This document shows, one piece after another, positions 37,741-50,515 of a stretch of DNA of 57,969 nt. The stretch comes from Toensbergia leucococca (lineage: Eukaryota). The DNA is taken from assembly GCA_022813965.1 (NCBI GenBank), contig JALDZS010000026.1, positions 124,001 to 181,969 on the forward strand, written 5' to 3'. The notes beneath the pieces are model-generated. The model had not been told where the DNA came from, ran no database searches, and was given only the letters and a program-made list of their open reading frames with translations. The position numbers were made by a program, and so were the translations under genes. How positions within the stretch are numbered: the first letter of the stretch is position 1; each line of letters begins with the position of its first letter.

Positions 37741-38665
37741 TCATCGCCATTGCACCCCGAACATTCTCACACCAGTCTTCCTCCCCTCCTCGTTTGCATC
37801 CGCATTTTCAAGATAAATTTTAGAGTGTCCTACATGGGATTGAGCGTCTGCCACTGGGGAGGATAAATGTCAAATACCTTTCACGTCCAGTACCAGGTAC
37901 TTGTATGCATACTCTGGCTGCCCTTTGCTCTTAATCATGTGCAGGTTGACAACACCTGACCTTGATGGACCTTCAACCTGGGAGCTTGTAAGAATTACTC
38001 AGCGACAATACAAGATGGCCAAAGTCACTTACGTTGAAGTGCATTGTTAGGTGCTCAGCTTCTGATGCATCTCTATACTTCTTTGACCTAGTGAACCACA
38101 TCTCAGCTACTTTGCTTTGTATAGCAGGGCGCCTAATGATGGCACACTTACGCTATTGGCCGCGACCTTGCCCAACTGCTCCAGGTCGGCTCGCCATAAG
38201 CTTTTATTTTCTTGCCTGGGCCAAGAAGCTCCGTGACTCTAGAGTCCGCCCTGATCTGGTCCACAGCGCGATTGAATTGGCTCGTCTTACTGTCCAATGC
38301 GAAGACTTCGGTATACAACAAGAACACGACGCTTCCCTTTCTAAAATAAGCCTTGTGCAACTTGAGCCAATGACAACTCATACCGTCATTAGGAGCCCAG
38401 TCATGATGACCCCTAGATTGAAAGTTTGCTGTGCTGTTCTTGCAGCTTTTTCTCGACTGCTAAGGTCACCCCAGCGAATCCTCCCATCGTCGTTCGCAAC
38501 AGTGATCTGTTTCCTTGAAGGGCCTGCTGAGTCCCCGACACTGTGCTGCAAAGAGTAGGCTCTTGAAATTGTCAAACTTAACCCCCTGTGGATACTAGGC
38601 ATGTGCAGGAAGTTTCCGTTTCGTAACGGTCTTGTAAAGACGATTGACCATGTTTTAAAACTCAT
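37741..38665 (-). CDS. TIM21: mitochondrial inner membrane translocase subunit Tim21, 5 exons
   Basis: Presequence, then WGDLSSREKAARTAQQTFN, a TM segment, SKTSQFNRAVDQIRAD, IKAYGEPTWSSWARSRPI, HLTMHFN/VEGP, YKYLVLDVK/GH, MFGVQWR*. Confidence 0.9.
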
Positions 38666-38995
38666 CACGACATGAAGTGCAACTGATGATTGCCTCAATC
38701 AGACCCGAAGAATGAAAGCTGACAAGGAGGGACAACGTTCCTCCAGTCTCCACTAAGTGAATCACTTGGCTCCTTTGGGTAAGTGCATCTCCTTGCTATT
38801 CTAGCCGCGGAGCCGCGCTCTTACGCAGAGGTAAGTTTAGGTAAGCCCGAAACTAAATTCATCAAATGCCGCTCTGTCAAAGCATGAGTACCAGTACGAA
38901 GACGACTTACGAGGATCATATCTGTATTACTATTCCTCGCTTCGTTGAGACTTTAGCCTATCGGCCTAGAATTCGTCCCTCTTCTTCTGCGCACA

Positions 38996-40763
38996 ATGAG
39001 CTCTGCAACGAAAGCCCAGTCACAGAAGATATTCGAAAAGCTGAAAACGAAACCTGCGAACAAGGTAAGCTTCCTCTACTATGTGCCAAGGCCGCTTCGG
39101 TTGACTGTCCTTAGGTCTGCTTTGATTGTGGAGTGAAAAATCCGACCTGGTCCTCTGTTCCATTTGGCATCTACCTTTGCTTAGATTGCTCCTCGAACCA
39201 TCGAAATTTGGGAGTACACATATCTTTCGTTCGATCAACGAATCTTGATCGTATGAGCCCTTCTACGTGGTCCTTGGCGAGCCAAGCTAACTTGTCATGC
39301 TCACAGAATGGCAATGGGATCAGCTGCGTGTTATGAAAGTCGGGGGAAATGAGTCCGCAACAAAATATTTTCAATCTCACGGCGGAACAGCTGCCCTAGC
39401 GAGCAAAGACCCCAAAACGAAATATACTTCAAGCGCTGCCACCAAGTACAAGGACGAGCTGAAGAGGCGGGCAGCTACAGATGCTCAAGAGTACACAAAG
39501 TAGTGTCCTCGGGAAGGTCATGGCTAACGCGATCATAGATTTCCTGGAGAAGTCGTCATCACTGAAATCTTAGCTCCAACATTAAATGACGGTACTGCGA
39601 CACCCGCAGGTGAACCTAATGACGACTTCTTCTCGTCATGGGACAAGCCTTCGATCAAGCGCCCTAGCAATCCTCCGTCAAGAACGCAAACACCCCCAAT
39701 GGTTAGTCGAACTGCGTCACCTTTTCTCAATCCAGGGGCGAATGGCCACGGGACCGTCAGGCCGAAATCTCCTCTTGTAGGATCAGAGAGTGAATCATCA
39801 CAAGGGGCTCCTATGGCATCTCGTACTATATCGTCTCCTGCAGTTCGTAAGACTACTGCAGCAGGGGCTCCGAGGAAAGTAAACGTTCTTGGCGCAAAGA
39901 AGACACAGAAGTTAGGTGCAAAAAGAGTTGTAGGGCCAGATGCTATCGACTTTGAGGCCGCTGAGAAGAAGGCAAAGGAGGAGGCTGAGCGGATAGAAAA
40001 ACTCGGGTACGATCCCGATGCGGAACAAGTTACTGTCGCATCTAATGCCAAGGCCGCCGGCATGGCGGAAAAAAACAAGCTCGCAGCACCCGCACCACTA
40101 GATCCTGGCAAAGCTGAACATGTTTCCGCAAAGGGCCACCGAGAACGGAGTGAATTCGAAGTGGAACGGCTAGGCATGGGCGTAGGAAGACTCGGTTTTG
40201 GTCAGGTTGGCGGTGGCAAGTCATTCGATACGCCGAAGAAGATGGGCTTTGTCTCAGTGGGATCTACGCGAACTGCCGAAGAAGGTCTGAGATAGCCGCA
40301 ACGTCCCACGTCGTCTTACCGACTGACTCAAAAACAGATGATGGTGAGAAATATGCCCGTTCGAAGTTTGGCGGTCAAAAGGGCATATCTTCTGACGAAT
40401 TCTTCGGCCGTAACAACTTCGATCCAGCTGCACAAACCGAAGCGAAAAGTCGCCTGCAAGGGTTCGAGGGCGCGACATCGATATCGAGTAACGCTTATTT
40501 TGGACGTCCAGAAGACGACATTCCACAAGCTGACGAGTACGGAAATTACGGTGATCTCGAGGGCGCTGCGAGAGATTTTGTGAGAAAGTTTGGCCTTACT
40601 ACAAGTGATGATCTAGAGAACCTTACGCAAGTGCTTGGAGAGGGGGCAAGTAAGTTGCAAGGTTAGTACAATTACGACATCTTAATATTTATGGCATGAG
40701 ATTAGGAGGTGTTGACACTGAAACATGGGTGTAGGGGCTATACGGAACTACCTGAGTAGCTAA
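38996..40763 (+). CDS. GLO3: ADP-ribosylation factor GTPase-activating protein Glo3 (ArfGAP2/3)
   Basis: [53 protein letters not shown]; Glo3 motifs [10 protein letters not shown] and [10 protein letters not shown]. Confidence 0.95.
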
Positions 40764-41438
40764 ATGACATTTTTCATGCTGAGAGCTCGAAAGGTCAAGA
40801 TAGATGGCTACGCAGGACAGCACATGAGCTTACGGAGAACAATAGAGAGGGGAATGTCTTGAACGAACGGAGATCATCAGCTTGGGCATGTATAGCAAGT
40901 CTACCAGATTGGACACGCAATAATATGCGAACGGACCCTTGAAGAAACAAAGCATTAAAATGTGAACGTCCTGAACTTGCGTTCCTCCCGTGAAAGAAAT
41001 AAGTCGGACCGAGTAGAAAAGCGAGGGAATTCCCAACAACTAGTACATGGCCCATAGCAATGGCGGTCTATTCTTCTTAATTGTCCAACAAATTACTGGT
41101 CTATCGAATGGGTCGCAGTACTCGTATCACATTTATCAAAGCAGAAGGCGCGGGATGTTCGCGCTGAATGGTTTTGGCCAACACTGCTGAGTGAATCATC
41201 GACGAACAAATTCTAGAATGCTAGTCTAATATTGGATTTGAGAGATTTCTAGGAGGCCTCGTTGTACCAGAACTCAAGTCTACCGTAATTATCTACGATT
41301 TAGCTTCGAGCCTCTATTACATTCCTATGTAAATGGCAAGAATCTGGTCACGTTGGTATTGCTCGTTTGGATTCGATTGTGGTAGAACTTGCCTTACCAG
41401 ATCTAGCCCTCGCACCACACTCTGCTTCCCCAATCCCC

Positions 41439-43949
41439 TCAAACCCTCCAGATTGCATCCGCCATCTTCACCACCTTTTCCATCTCGCCTACGTCATGCA
41501 CCCTTACCACATCAGCCCCCCCTTTAACCGCAGCTGTTACCGCCCCCGCAGTGCCCCATACCCGCTCGTGTGCCTTCTCCACCCCCGTGACCTTCCCCAC
41601 GAATCCCTTCCGACTAGTTCCCACTAGCCACGGCAGACCCTCCAACCCCGTCCACACCCTTAGTTCCTCCAACCTCCTGAGTAGCTCGAGATTCTGCGAC
41701 TGTGTTTTCGCAAATCCAATCCCTGGGTCCAGCAAGATACGCCAGCGGCGGATACCTGCTTTCTCGGCAGCTTCAATGCGCGCTAATAGCTCTGTGCAGA
41801 CACCAGCTACAACACCCGCAGGGTAGGTAGTAAGTGTGTTCATCGTAGCAGGGGTCCCACGCATGTGCATGAGTATGATTGTGCATCCCATCTTTGCGAC
41901 AGTGGGAAGCATGTCAGGGTCCATCTGTCCCGCCGAAACATCGTTGACAATGTTGGCACCTGCCGAAATCGCAGCCGCTGCAACTGCAGCGCGATATGTA
42001 TCTATAGAGATGGCGATGTTGTCGAAAGCAGCTTGAGAGCGAATGAATTTGATGGCGGGAACGACGCGAGAGATCTCTTCTTCAATGGACACTTGAGCAG
42101 CGTACGGACGGGTAGATTGCCCGCCAACGTCAAATATTGAAGCACCAGCAGAGAGAAAAGTGCTGAGGGTCGGGAGAAGGGCAGAAGGACTCGTGGAATG
42201 GACACCACCATCGGAGAAGGAATCAGGGGTTAGATTGAGGATGGCCATTAGACGGGTGTTGCGATTCGGCAATTGGGAAAGTATGGGAGGAACATTTGGG
42301 CAGAGAAGAGTTAGAGGAGACAGGGGGTGTGAAGGTCTGGTAAGAGCGGCGAGCTGGATCTGGAAAGTCGCGGATGGCTTAGGGGAGGGAAGGGTTCCAT
42401 TGGGGACAAGGCTTCACAATTAGCTTTCGTTGAACACGAGTACAAGAGACGTTGAGTTTGGAGCACTCACTCACAAAGAGGTCGCAGAACAAATTCGCGT
42501 TCAAGAATTGAAACATGGGGTATGGTGAGGCGTTCGGTTTGGACTATTTCGGTGCCATACAACAAAATGTCTAGATCAATATTACGAGGGCCTTTTTCAA
42601 CTGTCTTCTGTCTGCCAAGCGTATGCTCAATCTCTTTGAGGTGATGCAATAATTCAAAAGGGCTCAAGGTTGTCTCGACCTGCCACCAGAATGTTAGTCC
42701 GAGCACGGTTCCTTCCACAAAAGCACCCTTCTACCGAAGGCGTCCTGGGTACTGACTTCGCAAACTCCATTGAGGAATGAACGTTGATCTAAAAAGTACA
42801 TGGGTTCTGTCTCATACAGCGCACTTGTTCGTATGATCCTAATATTCCGATGGCCCATCTGTTGACAAGCCGATTCAATCATACCTGCTTTGTTTCCAAC
42901 ATTGCTTCCTAGGGCGATATACGCTCGATGGAGATCAGGAGAATTGGCGCTCTTTTGCAGGTCCCGTTGGGCTTGCTCGTACTCAGATCGTTGGAGCCGA
43001 ACGGTGGCCACCTTCAAGCCTATGCCCAATCTGACTCTGACCTCGTCTAAGCGACTGCATAAAAAGTCTTCATCGGCTAGCTTGAAAGCGTTGTACACAA
43101 GATGCATCGTGTGTGTCTCAAGAGTCGAGGATTGCGATACACTGCTCGCATATTCTGCAAGTTTTTCATGGATGCGAAACACTCGCGAAATTGTAGCATT
43201 TGACTTGGAACTCTTGGAAGCACTATCAGAAGAAGGCCACTGTGGATTCACGGCTGGGAGTCCACACTTAGGCTCCAGTGCTCGGGGTGTTGGTGATGCC
43301 AAAGGAGTTTTACTGAAAGTTTCCAAATTAAGTAGCATGCACCGCTGCGCTGGGGTCTCCTCCATCACATATTCATTCGGAGTCCTTATTTGCCAGTGAC
43401 TTTCCCATTGACGAAAATCATGATGAGCAGCTTGAGAATCAGCATTTCTTGAAGAGGACGATTTCAAGGCTTTGAATGAGCATCTGTTTGCTCCTATCGG
43501 AAGGATTGCTTTAGTCATAAGAAATTCCACAGTTGCTTGCAGTACTCGCGGAGATATTGAAAGCATTCGATCAGTCAAACTCTCTCCCAAATCTTCTATA
43601 GACAGGTTGGAACGAGTCTCAGACGTTGAGGCTTCGACGACACGGCGGTACTCATTTGATTGAAATAGTGCATTGGTCTGGCTAATTGAACCTGGTATCA
43701 ACTTGAACCTCAGAGTGACAGGTTCGAAGTCGCGCTGGCTTTGTCCATGGCTTTGATGGCTTTCATCAGGATATCTGGTTATTCGAAGACATGGAGCACG
43801 TACTCGTCCGCCCGCAGTGGGAGGGTGTAATGCCAATGTGATTCATCATGTAGCCGGCGTTTTGTCTTTATCACGCTGAAACGACACGGCGAAATCTTCT
43901 TGATGCACGGTGAAGCAATGATTGAATTCATGACAAAACGAAGGATCAT
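41439..43949 (-). CDS. FOL1: folate synthesis protein: mitochondrial-like presequence, two degenerate DHNA-like domains, HPPK, DHPS
   Basis: HPPK motifs AYIALGSNVG and GPRNIDLDILLY; DHPS motifs MAILNLTPDSFSDGG, DVGGQSTRP, LDPGIGFAK, GTSRKGF, VRVHDV. The proposed 5' exon MILRFVMNS...KTKRRLH joins through a 44-nt intron (43760-43803), which is less certain. Confidence 0.9.
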
Positions 43950-44136
43950 TTCTCACCTTCGCGACGTTACCTCAATGTATCGAGTGTTGTAATCCGCATA
44001 TGCAATGCCGAGGTACATGCCCGCTCTAAAAGTACATAAACCTCCGCCCATCCTCCAAGTATTACTTCACCAACACAAATCAGCAATATACTGTCCTTCC
44101 TCTACACTTTGGAACAAATAACGAGTCCACTGAATC

Positions 44137-45458
44137 ATGGCTTCTCCGCGTAAGCTATGCTCAGGTCTACATCCAAACCGGGATCATCACATGTGTTAAT
44201 ATTGTATCAGAGCAACTTCGGACAACCGTCACCGACCTCCTCAAGATCAACCATCCTGTCATGCTCGCTGGGATGAACGTGGCCGCTGGACCTAAGCTTG
44301 CCGCCGCCGTCACAAATGCCGGCGGTCTTGGGGTGATCGGCGGGGTAGGCTATTCGCCCGAGATGCTGAGGTCAGTGCTTTCGAAAAGATTGCCTTCAAA
44401 CTAAGCTGAAGCCTGACCTAACCGTACTTCAGAGAGCAGATCGCTGAACTCAAGGGCTTCCTGAATGACAAAAATGCTCCGTTCGGGGTGGATTTGTTGA
44501 TCCCGCAGGTCGGAGGCAGTGCAAGAAAGACCAAGTAAGTTGAGAATCCTTACTCCAGAGCTTAGTCAAACTCTCTTCGATAAGCGCTAACCAGCTCTGC
44601 CCTAGCTACGATTACACCAAGGGAAAGCTCGATGAGCTCGTGAGTATCATCATTGACAGCGGAGCTAAGCTTTTCGTCTCGGCCGTTGGTGTACCACCTA
44701 AACATGTGGTAGAGCGGATCCACAAGGCTGGCATACTTTATATGAACATGATCGGACACCCCAAGCATGTACAGAAATGCTTAGATGTCGGTGTCGACAT
44801 GATTTGCGCTCAGGGCGGAGAAGGTGGCGGCCATACCGGAGATGTGCCTACAATCATCCTGATTCCTGCAGTGGCACAGATGGTTGCAGGAAAAAAGAGT
44901 CCAATGACTGGTGACCAAGTGCAGGTCGTCGCTGCCGGTGGCTTATTCAACGGCCAGTCTTTGGCTGCCTCACTCATGCTTGGTGCCAGCGCTGTATGGA
45001 TAGGTACGAGATTTGTCCTTTCAGAGGAAGCTGGTGCGCCCAAAGCACATCAGGAAGCTGTGAGAACGTCTGGTTTTGACGACAACGTTCGCACCATTAT
45101 CTTCACTGTAAAACTTGATCCCAGACGATCAAGGCCAATGGCTAACTTCTCTTAGGGACGGCCTCTCCGTGTTCGAATGAACCCTTACATAAAGGACTGG
45201 GAAGAGAACAGGGCTTCGGAGATCAAAGAACTTACCGGAAAGGGAACTATTCCAGTGGAACACGACTTTGAGACTTTAGGTGACGACATGGACGATGATA
45301 CCATGGACAATGCCCGTCCGTTCTTGATGGGGAAGGCTGCTGCCGTTGTAAACGAGAGGAAGAGCGCAAAGGAGATTGTTGATGAGATGGTCGGAGATGC
45401 AGTTGTCTGGCTCGGAAAAGGCCAGAACATGGTGAAGTCTAAGCAATCGAAATTGTAG
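44137..45458 (+). CDS. nitronate monooxygenase / 2-nitropropane dioxygenase family FMN enzyme
   Basis: HPVMLAGMNVAAGPKLAAAVTNAGGLGVIGG, FGVDLLIPQ, AQGGEGGGHTG, VAAGG, GASAVWIGTRF, FT/GRPLRV; ends in SKL (possible PTS1). Confidence 0.92.
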
Positions 45459-47235
45459 ATCATGTAAGCGCAGTATTCCATGTTCTGTTGAGGTTACGGC
45501 ATCGTGCAAATAGCAATCACTGGTTTCAAGAATACCTTCACCAACAATGTTATGGTCAACCCTGGCGTAGCCTCTATGGTTTACTAGACGAACTAACACG
45601 CCTTTAGAAGAATTTATCTTACCGTCCTTTTAAGACCTCTATGACTTATGCTACTGATCCTCAACCCTCTAAGCAAATACTTCGCTACAGCGTTGGTCAT
45701 CCCCAGATGTTGTTCTCGGCTTATTGGATTTATAACTTATCTGACCAACGACTTGACGAGGTAGGCTGGAGCTCGATTAACGAAGTGAGAACACATCCAG
45801 TATTCAAAGAAAATCGCCCATCGCCCTCCTTCAGCTCCTTTTCCGTACGTTATTCACAGTAATGAACGACCCTTGAGTCTCAAGACATTATGAATTATTT
45901 GGGTAATGCATCAACCTTCTTCATGACACCCGAAAAGGACGTTTTGATTGGTTTCACTGTTCATAAAAAGGCCTGAGGTTTCACAGATGCCAATTCTCTG
46001 TCTTGCCGAAAGGTACGGAGTAACCCGATACTACCACGATCTTCAAAAAATTAGATCACAAGATCTAGAGAGTGAGTCTACCGAACCACTCACTCCCAAA
46101 CCTTAACATTAGAGCAGCTGTTCGCTGGCTGAGTCTGGCTTCTTGGTATCGCCGTGCCGCCGTTGACCCACTGCTATTGCCTTTTCCTTTTGAGATTATC
46201 AGAATTCCATGCTCCACCAGCAGATGACGTTGACCCCTTTATCTCCGCACTCATACTCGACTTGGAGCCATCGTGTCCTTCAGGGCAGGTATCTCGAACA
46301 GTTACCTCCCCGTTTGGATCTAACAAAGCTTGAAATTAGCCGCTACTCGAAGATACCTCAAAACTATCTATCAAATGGTATCGACTGCTACGGGGATGTC
46401 AATTTATGAGTCGACGATTCTCATTTAACGATCTGCCTCGATGTCTTTGGGCAAAGGCGCCACACGGTGATGATCGGAGACGGAGAAAGTTGAGTTCAGT
46501 CCTACGGAAGGGAGTTTTGAGCACGCGGTGGTACGAGTACGAGTACTTTTAGGGAGGCACGTCCAATGAAATCACGTGAGTAGAGCTATGCCTCATTTAT
46601 GTACTCGTACGAGTACCCAGGAGCAAAATGTAAAAGCCGGTAGGTCACCATGGACGACTTGATGATTTAGTTAACAGTTGTCAAGCATTGAGGAGAGGAA
46701 ATCCTTGCAGGCAGTTTCCATAATAGCATGCGATGGCCCCTACTTCACGGTCACAAGTAGGTATCATGAGGCGTATCCAATTCTCACCGGGGAGCCACGA
46801 TAATTGTGTGGATCTTTGGAATGGAGTGCGAGTTGCCTCAGTACCTCAGACGAGAGGCAAAAGTGCGAGTGGTGCTATCGGTAAAGATGATTCATTGACT
46901 GATATACTTGCACCACCAGATGTATCACTTAGTCAAAATACCGTGAAATGGCAGAGAAGCTCGCAGAATGCTCAGTGGTTGTTCCTCCGCCCGTCGCCTC
47001 CGCAGCTTCAAATACCTTTGTCAGGCCACTTTCTCGGAGCCTAACGGGAATCGCAGAATTGTCGTGGTGCGCATCGAGTAGACCACAGACCCACAAAAAA
47101 AGTGTGTGTTACATAACAATCAAGGAGCCATGAGTGAAAGCACCGTGACTATTCTATAAAGTGTCTCCCCTCAAAATTTTAAAAGACTGCTATTCTCATA
47201 CCTCGACCTCGGAATTTCTTCAAACCTGGTCAAAG

Positions 47236-47756
47236 ATGCAGGAAGAGGATGGGAATCTAAACGCTATGCCAGCACAGCCTCATACGCTCTGGCAAAAACC
47301 ACCAGGGATGTTTGGCGACATTCCTGAACCTCTTTACCGCCTTCGTCTTTCGGTCCTGAATGACAACGAAGGATATGGCGATTGCCCTTCCCGGATGTTT
47401 GTAGGTTTCCGTCTTGACAGTCTTATCTCTCGCTTTCCCACTTGCCCCACCAGGCAACATCCGCTGACTCTGTAACATAGGTTTTCAAAAACCTGGACAA
47501 TCTTACCACGGCCACCAACAAGATTGACGACGTTTTCGGTGGCGGTTTCTCCGAATACAAAATCAGCAAGAGCGGGGTGGAAGCACCAGCTAATGAGGGC
47601 GGAAGGCTTGGATGTGGAAGGACGGAAAACGTGACTATTGCATACGACTCAGTGACTGCGGATGAGAGCTGGAAGGAATTCTTAAAGCGATTGGACAAAG
47701 TCAAACATGGCTGGACAACGGAGGTGCAATGGGAGATGGACACTTTCAAGATGTAG
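47236..47756 (+). CDS. hypothetical 146-aa orphan protein (2 exons)
   Basis: TATAAA at ~47155; exon 1 47236-47400; intron 47401-47480 (gtaggt...gctgac...catag); exon 2 is open for 91 codons (VFKNLDNL...ESWKEFLKRLDKVKHGWTTEVQWEMDTFKM*). Confidence 0.6.
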
Positions 47757-50515
47757 TACCGCAAGCATCCAGAATTTTTTGAATTAAAGCCTGCAATCTA
47801 CACATGTAGATTGGCAACAATAATTTGCTGCTTGCTCCAATTATATGTGATCCTTGAATCGAGAGGCATCCTCAGTCCTCAGTGCCTCAACCCACAGCTC
47901 AAGAAAGGGTCAACGCTTCTGCCGTTGAGTTGTTGAATTCACGTTGATGTTTGCTCCCTAAAACAAGGTACCTTCTCAAGGAGTCAAGGTAGGTAGTCCT
48001 CTTTGACCGCTCACAATGCGTGGCTATCTGCAATATCTTCATCCTGTTTGCTTTCCATGTTCCCCCGAAGTTGGATCAGAAGGTAGAAATGACACCCGTG
48101 TCCACAAATTTCTACTTCCTCGGAAAAGCATGGGACAAGAGTCGACTCATTCGAGCACTGCCCGGAATCGGTCTCGCTGTGGCCGATGACCACAGCGCGA
48201 TTTATTGGCCGATGCATCTTCAATCAGGTCGTGAACGCGACAGTGGAATCCTTGAAACGCAAGCGATATCTCTGCAAAGCGCATGGCCCCTTCGATATTC
48301 CGCATTGCGGGGCGACTCGGGGACTCTTTAAGCGTAGCCTCAGTAAGTGCTCCTTGGTTTCTCAACTATTCACGAGAAATCCGTGGGTAGGATCTAGTGG
48401 AGGCAAATTGGAGCACGCCAAGACATTACACTCGTCCATTTATTGAAGCCGTGTATGACTCTATGAGCGGTCCGGCGGCGATTCGAAGGCTGACGAGGAA
48501 GAGGCTGCTCGAAAATTGGATCCATTCCGAGATCCTTAGGAAATCACTATGAACCTCCGAGTTGGCCAAGATTTCTGGGAACTGGCTGTCTGCTGATCTA
48601 GCTTGAAATAACGCTTAACACTAGAGAATTACTTATCTCTATATAATTCTCATTGAAGAATCAACTACCAAGCATGTTTACACCATAACGATGATGGAGC
48701 ATTACCAGACTGGCGGAACAGACCTTGTCAACATGAACCACTTGGACACCACCACTCCCACCCGTATCAGAACCTGTTCTTTTTTAATATCTCATTTACT
48801 ATACTGCAACGTCTGCTAGTGGTTTATGTAGGTAATTGAGGCCCCGAAGACATCAAGACTCAGTATATACATGTGTCATCCTTGAACAACCCCCCTATTG
48901 CTGCATTTACATGAAGGTAATTGATCTGATGCTCGTTCCACCAGCTCAGGGAGACATCTTTTAACCAGAGCTCAATAGGCGTTCTGGACATAGAGACCGG
49001 TGGTACAGACATATTTATTCCTGCGAGCTGGAGCCCGAAAATCCTTCTCTTTACCTTCATATGTGACCCACTCAATCACAACTGTATATTTCATCCCCTG
49101 CCCTTTCCTTCACCTGCCGTTGTCATGGAGTGATCAGTCCCTCGCCGCTGTGAATCGTAGGATTTGATCAGACAGCTCATCGGATGTTGGGTTGGCGGAT
49201 TCATAGGCATATCCACCTCCGTTCTTCTCCACCACAGCTACGTTTGACATCCAGCTAGATGAGTGCATTTAAATGTCCACGTTGACCTTCATCACCTTCT
49301 TCACAGTCTCAAATCGATTGACAACCTCCTGTCATGATATATATGCGGCAGCAAGTAGACTGACGCGTCGTAAAAACTCTGCAAGCAGAGCTCTCAACGA
49401 CTAGCCAACGACGTCGTACAAGTCTTATTTGCCTTATTGCCATAGTGAAAATTGAACTTACGCATCAATTCTGTACACAAGACAACCTTGATGCACCTAG
49501 GAGCGTGGCAAGCACACCCTGTCGCTCTATCAGGGCCTATGATCGTTGCACGTTGTAATGGGAGCCTAAAGAGAAGACAGAAGAACATTTTCGGGATGTA
49601 GCGCATCATGCAGGGTCTCGATGGCGGCCTCCGGGCTTTACTTCAACGGTTGCACTATTGATGGCACGTGAGAGATCAATACGCACAGAAATGGGGCATG
49701 CTGATGATATAACCTAGACATGATCTGTCAGTAACCGCATTCATCGACGTTGCAACGTTCGCACGTGAAGGGCTGAAGGCGACCTCCAGCCCTGGCAAGA
49801 TTAGGGGCCAATTTAGCGATGGCCAAAGCTTTTCCGGCTAGATCGTCGATTAGATGCGGCACTTCGACCAAGCTCGCCAACCTGCCGTCACCCGTCACCA
49901 TGGACCCTGAAAGTGAAGATGAAAGTGAAACTAAAAGTGGCCTGGACAAAGGTAAACGATGCTTTGGCTTTGATGAAGTCGTCGGCTTCCTTCTACAGAG
50001 TGGCATCCGGTCTCTGTACCAGAGTCTTGAGTGCCATCGTGAGTCTATTCCCAGAAGTAGGAAAAGGGAATTCTCTGGTCGAGCTGTCGCCGAACTCGTG
50101 CTCGAATATGGATTCTAAAGGCGTCTTAGTGGGAGCTCATGGTGAATTTCCATTGGCCAAGCCTAGACCCTCTACCCTTCAAACCGCCGAGGAGACTGAC
50201 CCTCATGCTTTTAGGCTGTTCGGACGCCAGATGAGCGGCAGGATGTCCGATTGTAGCCACCACCCACGCTGTATTCCTGCCCATGCATTACACGAAACCT
50301 ACATCTGAGTGGGAGGGCAATCCGCGATTGAATCGCCCTAATGTGCGATTGTGTGCCTTGCGCACGACCGACAGGAGATAGATCCGCATCGAAACATGAC
50401 GGATCAGTCCCCAACATGAAGAAGCAAGCTAAATTGATAATCTCCTCGTCTTGCGCATATAGTCTACCATTCTGTTCTTCTCAAAGACTTCCATATCTGT
50501 GCATCCTCGAGAATC

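Noticed and set aside
22766..43949. Folate/one-carbon 'cluster' (MET13 and FOL1), or a ribosome-biogenesis cluster (KRR1, RRP8, NOG1)
   Set aside because: The genes are separated by many unrelated genes; this is consistent with an ordinary housekeeping neighbourhood.
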